From Promethearchaeota archaeon (GTDB lineage: Archaea > Asgardarchaeota > Hermodarchaeia > Hermodarchaeales > Hermodarchaeaceae): 64,000 nucleotides of DNA. The position numbers and the translations under genes were made by a program. The notes below the pieces were generated by a model. It saw nothing but the letters and a program-made list of their open reading frames with translations. It was not told the origin of the DNA and did no database searches. Shown here piece after piece: positions 26,693 to 34,883 of this stretch. The DNA lies in contig JBHLPH010000006.1 in assembly GCA_048939625.1 (NCBI GenBank), forward strand, positions 28,476 through 92,475. The letters run 5' to 3'. Within the stretch, counting starts at the first letter, position 1; each line of letters opens with the position of its first letter.

Positions 26693-27232
26693 TTAGTTCG
26701 ATTCACGATCAATTCGTGACCATTTGAAGCCACGAGACCGGCGAACAGGTGGATTGCGACGGTTTGGGATTCGTTTGTTTCCCTTTGAATCTTGTGATGA
26801 TGAGCGAGACTTTGAGGATAAATTCCGTTCGGTATTTACTTCAGAGATTGGGTTGACTGCTGGTTCGAGTTTTCCGTTTCGTCCCAGACTGACTTGTAAT
26901 CGTCCTTGAAATAGACCTGATTGCCCCCCAATGATCCGAAACGCCTTCCCATCTTCAATTTGGGTAATCTCTTCATCCCATAATGTTAAGAGCATAACAC
27001 CGGTTTCATCGCCGATAAGCACATCGGCAACTTGATGGTTGGAGCCATCACTGCGGCTTTTGACCTTCCGGATGGCTTGGGTTTTTAGAACTTGAAATTT
27101 AATCGTGATTCCTCGTTGATAGGGCTGGAGATGGACGAGTTTCTGTGCTTGCTTACTTGACACAACAATGACCTTTCGTGAGGTTGCTGATCTGCGAGTC
27201 CAAAAAGCCGCCGTGACCCACAGATACACCAC
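26693..27232 (-). CDS. Divergent OB-fold paralogue (copy 3) with a basic Ser/Arg-rich tail and no RGG
   Basis: KLVHLQPYQRGITIKFQVLK...MLLTLWDEEITQIEDGKAFRIIGGQSGLFQGRLQVSLGRNG aligns with copies 1 and 2. The start is uncertain (GTG 27232 or, by alignment, GTG 27163). Confidence 0.65.
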   Translation of the reverse strand: MVYLWVTAAFWTRRSATSRKVIVVSSKQAQKLVHLQPYQRGITIKFQVLKTQAIRKVKSRSDGSNHQVADVLIGDETGVMLLTLWDEEITQIEDGKAFRIIGGQSGLFQGRLQVSLGRNGKLEPAVNPISEVNTERNLSSKSRSSSQDSKGNKRIPNRRNPPVRRSRGFKWSRIDRESN

Positions 27233-27343
27233 ACGCGAGTAAGTAGCTAAGAGCCGCGAAACTTTCGAATAACAGACCGAAAGACTGATTCTCGAAGCCC
27301 CTTAAATATCTACCCCGTTATTCAGATGCTGAATCCTTGCTGT

Positions 27344-28180
27344 TCATTCTGAGTCCTTTATTTCCTCACCCGGTGTGATGATCACCTTTTTCTGACGCCG
27401 TCGCCAGACAAGGAAACCGCCAACCACCAAACATAACCCGATAGCCCACGGGGTGACTAACAAGACCATCGGCAGCTCATCATCATATGGTGGTGGGGGT
27501 GGTCCATTATCGGGATTATTGTCAACGCGAATGTTGTCAATCCATTGGTGAGAGGTCGTGTAATTGTGCCAGAATGAGATAAAGAAAAATGCGGAGGCAC
27601 TGAAAGTGTTTTCGTGAACGGGCCAATTATCGATAAAGATCTCGTTGGTCGTCCGATTCAGCCAGACATAGAGGTACCCGTCGTAGCGGCGGACGATTTC
27701 AACGTGCATCATCTCATAAATCGATCGTGAATCATCTCCCAGTGTTGTGTTTTTGTAGCCATCCATGATTCGACGAACATTGTTCTCCATGAGCACGAGT
27801 TGATATTCACCCCTTTCTGTTCGCAAGTAATATCCATTGCTGGGATAATCGAGATTGGCCACATCGAGTGCGATGAAGAAGACCTCCCAACCACCGTGCA
27901 AGTACGTGTCCCACGAATAGATGTCAAAACTCCAGAAACCATAGGCATTGGTACTGGCACGAGATGCGTAATTTTGATAATCACCTGTGGCGTAGAGCCG
28001 ATCTTGTGGATACCCCTCCGGCACCATTGTGAACCCTCCAATGTATACAGTCCAGTCCTCGAGAGTTCCATCGAACTCCTCAATCCATTGGAGAATCGCG
28101 ATGCGGGAATCAGGGATTGTAAATCTCACAAAAAGCAATGTAGCTAGAAACAAAACCGGGAAAAGCAGCCTTTTCTTCAC
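27344..28180 (-). CDS. P1: signal peptide, probable ConA/LamG-like jelly-roll ectodomain, Pro-rich linker, and conserved VTPW-TM-RRRQKK-ITPGEE C-terminus
   Basis: It is paralogous to P2 and P3 (GFWSFDIY, HVEIVRRYDGYLYVW, WIDNIRVDNNPDNGPPPPP, LLVTPWAIGLCLVVGGFLVWRRRQKKVIITPGEE). GTG 28180 lies 7 nt after GGAGGG, the same spacing as in P2. Confidence 0.8.
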   Translation of the reverse strand: MKKRLLFPVLFLATLLFVRFTIPDSRIAILQWIEEFDGTLEDWTVYIGGFTMVPEGYPQDRLYATGDYQNYASRASTNAYGFWSFDIYSWDTYLHGGWEVFFIALDVANLDYPSNGYYLRTERGEYQLVLMENNVRRIMDGYKNTTLGDDSRSIYEMMHVEIVRRYDGYLYVWLNRTTNEIFIDNWPVHENTFSASAFFFISFWHNYTTSHQWIDNIRVDNNPDNGPPPPPYDDELPMVLLVTPWAIGLCLVVGGFLVWRRRQKKVIITPGEEIKDSE

Positions 28181-28317
28181 GTACAAGCCCTCCAACCTGA
28201 CAGGAAATATGTTATCGTCTCTTTTGTGTTGGTTTGATTTAAGTGGCTGTGAGTTATTGGGGTCATAAAAGTGCCGAAAAAAAGTAAAAATCGTCTTATT
28301 TGTAACCCTGCCCCGTA

Positions 28318-29301
28318 TTATTCAGGTAGTTGGAGGGTGTCCCAGAACGCTTCGTTAAGTCCGGGATAGAATCGATGCTGATAATGGATGATTTGTTTGA
28401 CGGAAACAACCCCGGGAGCCGCTCTGACGGCTCTGATGAGTTCAGGGGTCTGGCTCATGTATTCAAGCAGAAACAAGGTAAAAATCACCGGCTCTGAGGC
28501 ACTAGCAAAAGTGTACCAGATTTCCAAGGGATATCGCTGTTGCAACCACTCCACAAGCGCCCATCTCGCATCCGAGCCCCCCTGATACCCTATACGGACT
28601 AAAAACCGAGTATACCCCGTTGCCGCCACATCTGAATCAATGCGCGCATGAAAACACGCCAGGTTGGACAGCCGATCGCCTACGCCTTTGGCTTTCACCC
28701 AAAACTCAGAAGTGGATCCCTCACGAAGAAGTAACTTATCGAGAATCCGCCGTACCCGTCGAGGGCTAAATCCCGAACGTTGACTGATTTCCTTGATTTG
28801 CATCCGCAAATCATGCCTGAGGCACGCCAAGACATGCACATCTTCAGGTTTGAGTTCGCATTTTTGGCCCCGTTGAACGACGAGCGTATGAAACTCAACT
28901 TCCGATATTTCTGGTTGTTCATGAAGAAAGTTGGTGAGTTCATCCAAGCCCTTAGACCCCTTATACATTCCCCAACAGAGAAGATCCCCATCAGCAAGAA
29001 TGGTTATTATGTCAATCATAGGACACGCGCCAAGCCGGTTCAGAAGGGCTTCGTTAGTCGTTGAGTCTGTGGTGGTGAGAAACGCCCAGAAGTATTCAGC
29101 ATCCAGCATGGCCAGCGACGGATAAATCGTGAACCGAAGAATCACCTTGTTTTCAAGGAGGCGATCATAGCGTTTTTTCACCGAGGTAACCGACAGATTC
29201 AGCCTCCGAGCCAAAGCATGGAACGAAATCCGACCGTTTTCTATCAATGCCATGACAATATCCTTATCGATTTGGTCCACACATACCACCAAGAAACCCA
29301 A
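28318..29301 (-). CDS. Fused double Lrp/AsnC-type transcriptional regulator, paralogue 2
   Basis: The HTHs are DKDIVMALIENGRISFHALARRLNLSVTSVKKRYDRLLE and VHVLACLRHDLRMQIKEISQRSGFSPRRVRRILDKLL. The TTG start follows AGGAG. Confidence 0.8.
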   Translation of the reverse strand: MGFLVVCVDQIDKDIVMALIENGRISFHALARRLNLSVTSVKKRYDRLLENKVILRFTIYPSLAMLDAEYFWAFLTTTDSTTNEALLNRLGACPMIDIITILADGDLLCWGMYKGSKGLDELTNFLHEQPEISEVEFHTLVVQRGQKCELKPEDVHVLACLRHDLRMQIKEISQRSGFSPRRVRRILDKLLLREGSTSEFWVKAKGVGDRLSNLACFHARIDSDVAATGYTRFLVRIGYQGGSDARWALVEWLQQRYPLEIWYTFASASEPVIFTLFLLEYMSQTPELIRAVRAAPGVVSVKQIIHYQHRFYPGLNEAFWDTLQLPE

Positions 29302-29392
29302 GCATCACTCCTACACGCTAATAGGGTAAATAGTCAGCGGTGTAATTCTCTTTGAAAGATCAAATAAGACCAAAAAATAGTTCTATAGTCGA

Positions 29393-30262
29393 CTACGCTG
29401 ACTCCTCGAGTTCCTCTCCAGGCGTAATCTCCACCTTCTTTTGGCGGCGCCGCCACACCACCAAAGCACCCACGACCACACATAAGCCAATCGCCCAAGG
29501 GGTTACCAACAGGACAATTTCAAGACCGGACCCACCAATAAGAGGGGGTGGAGGAGGAGGTGGTCCATTTTCGGGATTATTGTCCACTTGAATGTTGTCA
29601 ATCCATTGAGTATAATTGTGGCGCATTCTGATACCAAAATAAGAACAAGTCGTAGGGCAAGGGCCCGGATGAAGGGTTTCGTTGGTTTGGAAGGAAATTC
29701 CCGTTTCGGGCTCATCTCCTGTATAGTTGAGCCACACATACAAATGTCCCTGAGGTGTTCGGACGATGTCTACATGAACCATCTCAATAATGTGAGGCCC
29801 ATATAAGGGCTCTACAAACCCACCATGGTAGGAGATGATACCATTCATGACTTTTTGGAGTTCGTACTTGTGCGGTTTTGCTACATCACCCCCATACCAA
29901 GTCTCCTTGTATTCTATTTGGTAGGAATTGAGTGGATCTCCTGAAGATGCGAAGCCGTCAGCGAGGAAAAAAATAGTATAACGCCTATGGTTATCATTTT
30001 TAACATAATATATGTCGAACCGCCACCAGCCATAGGCGACGTCACTTTCATGGAAGATGAAACTTTCAAAGCGGTTTGTTGCAGTGAGCCGACCGTTATC
30101 AATGGCAAAACCTCCACGTAAGGTTGTCCAGTTATCGAGAGCATCGTCACCAGTGAAGGTTTCACCCCATCTAGGTGTCGCAGTGCTTGAATCGGGAACT
30201 GTAAATGTGACGCAAAGCAATGCCATGAACAGCATTGCTGCGAAGCACAGCCTTCTTCTCAT
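29393..30262 (-). CDS. P2: paralogue of P1 and P3 with the same architecture
   Basis: MRRRLCFAAMLFMALL signal, YGWWRFDIYY, HVDIVRTPQGHLYVW, WIDNIQVDNNPENGPPPPPPP and LLVTPWAIGLCVVVGALVVWRRRQKKVEITPGEE. Confidence 0.85.
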   Translation of the reverse strand: MRRRLCFAAMLFMALLCVTFTVPDSSTATPRWGETFTGDDALDNWTTLRGGFAIDNGRLTATNRFESFIFHESDVAYGWWRFDIYYVKNDNHRRYTIFFLADGFASSGDPLNSYQIEYKETWYGGDVAKPHKYELQKVMNGIISYHGGFVEPLYGPHIIEMVHVDIVRTPQGHLYVWLNYTGDEPETGISFQTNETLHPGPCPTTCSYFGIRMRHNYTQWIDNIQVDNNPENGPPPPPPPLIGGSGLEIVLLVTPWAIGLCVVVGALVVWRRRQKKVEITPGEELEESA

Positions 30263-30490
30263 TCAGAGACCCTCCAACCTGAGCCATATTGACTAGTATT
30301 GTATATATCTGTTCGGATTTCATCGGCAGCTATGGTAGCTTGTGACCTGAGATATTCGGTACTTCCTGGCATTTAAGCCACGTTCACCGGTTCAGGGCAG
30401 AAACAGGACAAACTGCATGGAATTTAGAATATTTTGTTTCCTAAGGAGGAACCAAAAGAGCCAGGATTGACTTGCACTTGAAGAAAATGG

Positions 30491-30524
30491 GAATACCAGG
30501 GACGTGGATGCCGCCCTGGTATTC
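30491..30524 (-). terminator. Hairpin with an 11-bp perfect stem (gaataccaggg / ccctggtattc) and a 12-nt loop, about 110 nt downstream of the P3 stop; on the minus strand it is followed by cattttcttc
   Basis: Read directly from the sequence. The function (terminator or RNA element) is an inference. Confidence 0.3.
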
Positions 30525-30631
30525 GTGTCCTATGCGGATGGAGTGTGTATTTTTGAAAACATTCGACTCGGGTAACTATTCTTCGTGAAGGCTCAGTGTG
30601 AGAATCTGGATCGATAATCAACCTGATGACA

Positions 30632-31444
30632 TTATTCTTTGAGTTCTTCTCCTGGTGTTATGTCCACTTTCTTTTGGCGGTGTCGCCAAACTACTAATCC
30701 TCCTACTACTAAGCATAAACCAATAGCCCAGGGCGTTACGAGCAGAACTTCCGGCGGAATTTTATTAATTGTTTCAGTGTTTAAAGCGGGGTCAATGGGA
30801 TCTGGTCCGTTCTCTGGATTGTTATCAACGCAAATGTTGTCAATCCATACCTGCTGATGGTGGTCAAGAACGATGTCAAAATAGGCAGAGGTGGTATGAC
30901 TGACATCATAAGTGTCAAAGAAGATATGGTTCGTTGAGTAATTCGCCCAGACATACATGTACCCATCATATCTTCGAACGATGTCAAAATGCATCATGAT
31001 ATGAATTTGATCGTACAAAGTGCCATTACGAAACCCATCCAAGTAATGTGGTTCATAATCCATCGTTTTCATTATTTGATAGAAAAAGGCCCAGCCCTCA
31101 AGACAATATCCATTTTGTGGGCGATCCCAGAGTATATCCTCAGAAGCAATAAAGAATACGTGCCAGCTCAGATGGTAGTCAGTTCTGATGAAATACACAT
31201 CGAAGCTCCAATACCCATAGGAGTTCGTACTCTCATGGCGCATGACGTTTATTTCACGGTTTGTTCCCGAGACTCGGCCGTCCTCAATAACAAATCCGCC
31301 TTCAACTATCGTCCAGCCATCTAAGACGCCATCATCAAAGTCGTCCGTCCATTGGATGCTCGCGGAGCTTGATAGTGAGAATTTACCGATGCTCAAAAGC
31401 AGAAGCAGCATCAGGACTGGAATTATTACGAAGCGTTTTCGCAT
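30632..31444 (-). CDS. P3: paralogue of P1 and P2 with the same architecture
   Basis: MRKRFVIIPVLMLLLLL signal, IQWTDDFDDGVLDGWTIVEGGFVIEDGRVSG, YGYWSFDVYF, HFDIVRRYDGYMYVW, WIDNICVDNNPENGP and LLVTPWAIGLCLVVGGLVVWRHRQKKVDITPGEE. ATG 31444 is preferred. Confidence 0.85.
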   Translation of the reverse strand: MRKRFVIIPVLMLLLLLSIGKFSLSSSASIQWTDDFDDGVLDGWTIVEGGFVIEDGRVSGTNREINVMRHESTNSYGYWSFDVYFIRTDYHLSWHVFFIASEDILWDRPQNGYCLEGWAFFYQIMKTMDYEPHYLDGFRNGTLYDQIHIMMHFDIVRRYDGYMYVWANYSTNHIFFDTYDVSHTTSAYFDIVLDHHQQVWIDNICVDNNPENGPDPIDPALNTETINKIPPEVLLVTPWAIGLCLVVGGLVVWRHRQKKVDITPGEELKE

Positions 31445-31582
31445 GACATACACACTCCAGAAGTGGCTTCCAAAAACTGAGGTCACTCCACTAAGGAGAA
31501 GTGTGTCTTCGTGGCATATTAACCCGTGTTTGGTGATCGGTTTACAAAGTGAACGCTACTTATAAGGCGCTTGGACGGTTTG

Positions 31583-32545
31583 TCAACCGAGGAGGTGTTG
31601 CCAGAACCGTTCGTTTAATCCTGGGTAGTAATGGTGGGCAAAATAGACGATGGGTCGAACGGATACCACATCTTCGAGTTCTTTGATTCGTTTGATGATT
31701 TCAGGTGAATAATTGGCGATGTCGACAAGGAACATCGAAAAGAGGACTGGCGCCGAAGCACTGGCGTGGGTAAACCAGTATTCCATGGGATATGTTCGTT
31801 TTAGAAGGGCGACGATGGATCGGCGTGTTTCATCGCCACCCTGAAACTCGGTGCGGGCATAGAATCGGGTTGCCCCACCTTCGGCGACGTCACCATCGGT
31901 GCGGGTATGAAAACATTGTTGGGCGGTCCGATAGTCGCCAACGCCGTTTTCGTGGAACATTTGTTCGTCAGCAGAACCTTCGGTGCCAATTAATTCGGTG
32001 AGCAGTTTTCGGACCCGTCGTTGGGTCATCCCAGTGTTTTGGGCAATGTCTTTGATGGGCATGCGCACGTTTTCGCGCAGGCAGCGAAGGACTTGGAGTT
32101 GCATGGATGTGAGGGGGCAGCGCTTTCCTCTTTCGATTAAAATCGTATGAAATTCAACCTCACGGATATCGTCGAGCTCATGGAGGAACAAGGTGAGTTC
32201 GTCGAGTTCTTTGGGTCCGACGTATTTTCCCCAGACCATCACGTTGCCATCTGCTAGCAGATTGACATTGTTGATCATGGGGTAGGCACCCAGGAAATCG
32301 CGGAAGGTTTCGCTGGGTGGATGATGTTTCAATGTTAGGATAGCTGTGAAGAAGGAGGCGTCAAGCATGGCGTAGCTGGGGATGATGAAATAGCGGCGAA
32401 TGACCTTCGCTTTTTCCATCTTGAGAATCCGGTTACGCACAGCTGTAACAGAGAGCCCCAGTTTTCGCCCGATAGCCCGGTAAGAAATCCGTGCGTCCTC
32501 TAATAATGTGTAAAGAATCTGTTTGTCAATTAGGTCCACGGGCAT
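31583..32545 (-). CDS. Fused double Lrp/AsnC-type transcriptional regulator, paralogue 3
   Basis: The HTHs are DKQILYTLLEDARISYRAIGRKLGLSVTAVRNRILKM and LQVLRCLRENVRMPIKDIAQNTGMTQRRVRKLLTEL. ATG 32545 follows GGGAGG. Confidence 0.85.
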   Translation of the reverse strand: MPVDLIDKQILYTLLEDARISYRAIGRKLGLSVTAVRNRILKMEKAKVIRRYFIIPSYAMLDASFFTAILTLKHHPPSETFRDFLGAYPMINNVNLLADGNVMVWGKYVGPKELDELTLFLHELDDIREVEFHTILIERGKRCPLTSMQLQVLRCLRENVRMPIKDIAQNTGMTQRRVRKLLTELIGTEGSADEQMFHENGVGDYRTAQQCFHTRTDGDVAEGGATRFYARTEFQGGDETRRSIVALLKRTYPMEYWFTHASASAPVLFSMFLVDIANYSPEIIKRIKELEDVVSVRPIVYFAHHYYPGLNERFWQHLLG

Positions 32546-32680
32546 CCTTTGACCTCCCAAGCGCTACACTCTTTCACCTTATAGCGTAAATATGCAACCC
32601 TTCTCACCATTCAATAGGCTTTAGTGAATGACCCAGGCAAACGGAGAGAAAAACGTGTTGATGAGCCTCAAAGGTCTTAG

Positions 32681-33475
32681 TTATTTGGTGCCAATGGCAA
32701 AGACAATGGAGGCGTTAGCTATACCGGTTTCTTTTACTCGAACCTTCAACGCCTCTGCCTCTGTTAGGAGTTCAGGGGTTCGTTTGTGGGGCTCTAGGGA
32801 CTGCAAGGTTTTGTCAACTCCCTTAATGAAAGACGCAATCATTGATGCGGATTTGGGGTTTTCACAGCCAAACCGGTCTTCACAGAACAAGCACTTCACA
32901 TACCGTGAGGAATCTAGCAAAACAAGATCAGTGAAATGGAGGGCTTCCAGCTCAGCGACTATGGATCGTCGAAATAGGGTCTCGTGATGAGTAAGTCCTT
33001 TTAGCCGATCGATTTTGGCGGTCCAATGGTGCTCCAGAATATCAGTGTGTTGGGCTTCGCTCTGCGCGCCATCCTGATACATTTCCGAGACAATGAAATG
33101 TCCACCAGGCGTTAAGACCCGCTTAATCTCCGCCAATACAGCGGGGACATTTTCCAGATGGTGTAACGAATTCGCAATCGACACCGTGTCAAAGAATTCA
33201 TCTTCAAAGTCCAGTTGTGTGGCATTCATTTCCAAAAAGCTAATTGTTTGATTTTGGAACCTTTTTCTGGCGTGAGCTAAGTCGTCTTGGTCTATATCAA
33301 CGCCGACAAAGCTGTCGTAAGTCTTCAATGTCTTCATGAGTGTCTCAATGAAATTGCCTTTTCCAGTAGCCACATCCAAGACGGTTCCTCCCGTAATTGT
33401 CTTTAGATGGTCGGCAATTTCTCTAGCGCCCGAGGTTTCCAAGCCAGGTAATTCCGCCATGGTTAATTTCTGCAC
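32681..33475 (-). CDS. Class I SAM-dependent methyltransferase with an extra C-terminal domain
   Basis: Motif I VLDVATGKGNF, then VGVDID and LTPGGHFIV. Confidence 0.8.
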   Translation of the reverse strand: MQKLTMAELPGLETSGAREIADHLKTITGGTVLDVATGKGNFIETLMKTLKTYDSFVGVDIDQDDLAHARKRFQNQTISFLEMNATQLDFEDEFFDTVSIANSLHHLENVPAVLAEIKRVLTPGGHFIVSEMYQDGAQSEAQHTDILEHHWTAKIDRLKGLTHHETLFRRSIVAELEALHFTDLVLLDSSRYVKCLFCEDRFGCENPKSASMIASFIKGVDKTLQSLEPHKRTPELLTEAEALKVRVKETGIANASIVFAIGTK

Positions 33476-33493
33476 CTACTTAGCTTTGAATGT

Positions 33494-34336
33494 TCAGGAT
33501 TTGAACTGAATGTGGACAAAGGATACCACCTTTAACCAGTCACTGAATCGCATCAGCATTCGAGTTTTAAATTTCCACTTCGGATTCTTGGAGATTTGAC
33601 TAAACATGGGAAACCAGTCAATTACTTGAAGACGCGAGGACCACCTAGGGATTTCTTTCCAGGCATTCCCAAGCCCGAAATGCAGTTCAACCCCTTCGAT
33701 GCCAAATGACCGAAACCGCCGTTTCAAGAGTCGAAGCCCGAACCGTGATGGCATGTCGAAGAGGAGTTCCCCTTCCGGTAGTTGTGTAGCCATGGTATCA
33801 AGAAGTGTGGCTACTTCTGATTCGGGGAAATAGTGAAAGAATCCACCTGCGAAGCAGAAAACCCCCTTTTCAGGAGACACTAAAATTTCTTTCAGCCAAG
33901 AGGGGGTGAAGGCGGATGTTCCTAAGTACCGATTGCGATCAGTTTGGGGGACTAACTTTTGACGATAAGCGATGGCGTCAGGTAAATCCAAATCATACCA
34001 AAGAAGCCGCCCATTATCTACTCGTGAAAAGGTCGTGTCCAACCCACACCCAATGTTTACGATTGTAGCGTCAGGATGTGAGCTGAGAAACGCTCTTATG
34101 GCATCATCAAAGATGCGAGCACGGATCAAAAAATTTAGCCCGTAAAATTCATCGATGAACGCTTCCATGGCTGCAAACTCAGCTTCTGACTCCGGATGCA
34201 TGGCTCGTACTTGCTCTATTAATTGGACTGATTGCTCATCTATCAAAAGCTCTGGATAAAGGCGACTATACATGGCTCTCGCCCACAACGGGCCCACCAT
34301 CGTCGATTCGAGGGTTACAGCAATGGAATCAGACAT
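33494..34336 (-). CDS. Class I SAM-dependent O-methyltransferase (TcmP / leucine carboxyl methyltransferase-like, COG3315 type)
   Basis: ESTMVGPLWARA..., VNIGCGLDT and the overall length are typical of the family as I recall it. Confidence 0.7.
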   Translation of the reverse strand: MSDSIAVTLESTMVGPLWARAMYSRLYPELLIDEQSVQLIEQVRAMHPESEAEFAAMEAFIDEFYGLNFLIRARIFDDAIRAFLSSHPDATIVNIGCGLDTTFSRVDNGRLLWYDLDLPDAIAYRQKLVPQTDRNRYLGTSAFTPSWLKEILVSPEKGVFCFAGGFFHYFPESEVATLLDTMATQLPEGELLFDMPSRFGLRLLKRRFRSFGIEGVELHFGLGNAWKEIPRWSSRLQVIDWFPMFSQISKNPKWKFKTRMLMRFSDWLKVVSFVHIQFKS

Positions 34337-34487
34337 AGCGAAGCCAACTCTACACCTACGAACCTAGCCGCGATACAAATACCTATACCATAACGCTGCA
34401 ATTTATCCAAAATGCGATCTTTAAACTTGAAATGCGTCATCTCGAAGCAGTGGCATTTGAGTGTAATTCGAGTTCAGCGTTAGATGT

Positions 34488-34688
34488 TTATGTTGAAGGC
34501 TTTGATTCGAGTATAAAGGACAGCCCGATGCCCGCAAAGAAAAACGCTAAAAATCCCAGTAGCGCTCCATAGGTGAACCCGGCGCTGATATATCCGTCCA
34601 GCGTCAGATCGCCTATGGCAAGGGCAAGTCCAACCACCAACAATGCTCCACCAACACCTAACAACAAACTACCGATATATTGGCGCAA
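34488..34688 (-). CDS. Small two-TM membrane protein (66 aa)
   Basis: Two hydrophobic G/A/L-rich segments and an ATG start. Confidence 0.4.
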   Translation of the reverse strand: MRQYIGSLLLGVGGALLVVGLALAIGDLTLDGYISAGFTYGALLGFLAFFFAGIGLSFILESKPST

Positions 34689-34883
34689 AGTACTCCCTCA
34701 CCTGCGAATTCACCAAACCCGTATATAAAATTCCTTTTTTTAGCGACCAAGGGAAAACTCCCAAAAAAACAGCCACCCTAGACGCAGCGATGGACAACTC
34801 TAGCACTCTACGCCATGCTCTCAATACTCTTCATCACCAATATACACGTGAGTCAGAGTTAAAGAGGAAAGTTGCAATATTAG

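Noticed and set aside
30424-30621. A 65-aa minus-strand ORF between P3 and P2
   Set aside because: It is Arg/Pro/His-rich with a non-protein-like composition, spans the strong hairpin and has no RBS. It is probably untranslated spacer.
22883-32545. The regulator/surface-protein region as a mobile genetic island
   Set aside because: No integrase, transposase, tRNA target, terminal direct repeat or phage/plasmid gene was seen. Tandem duplication explains the structure better.
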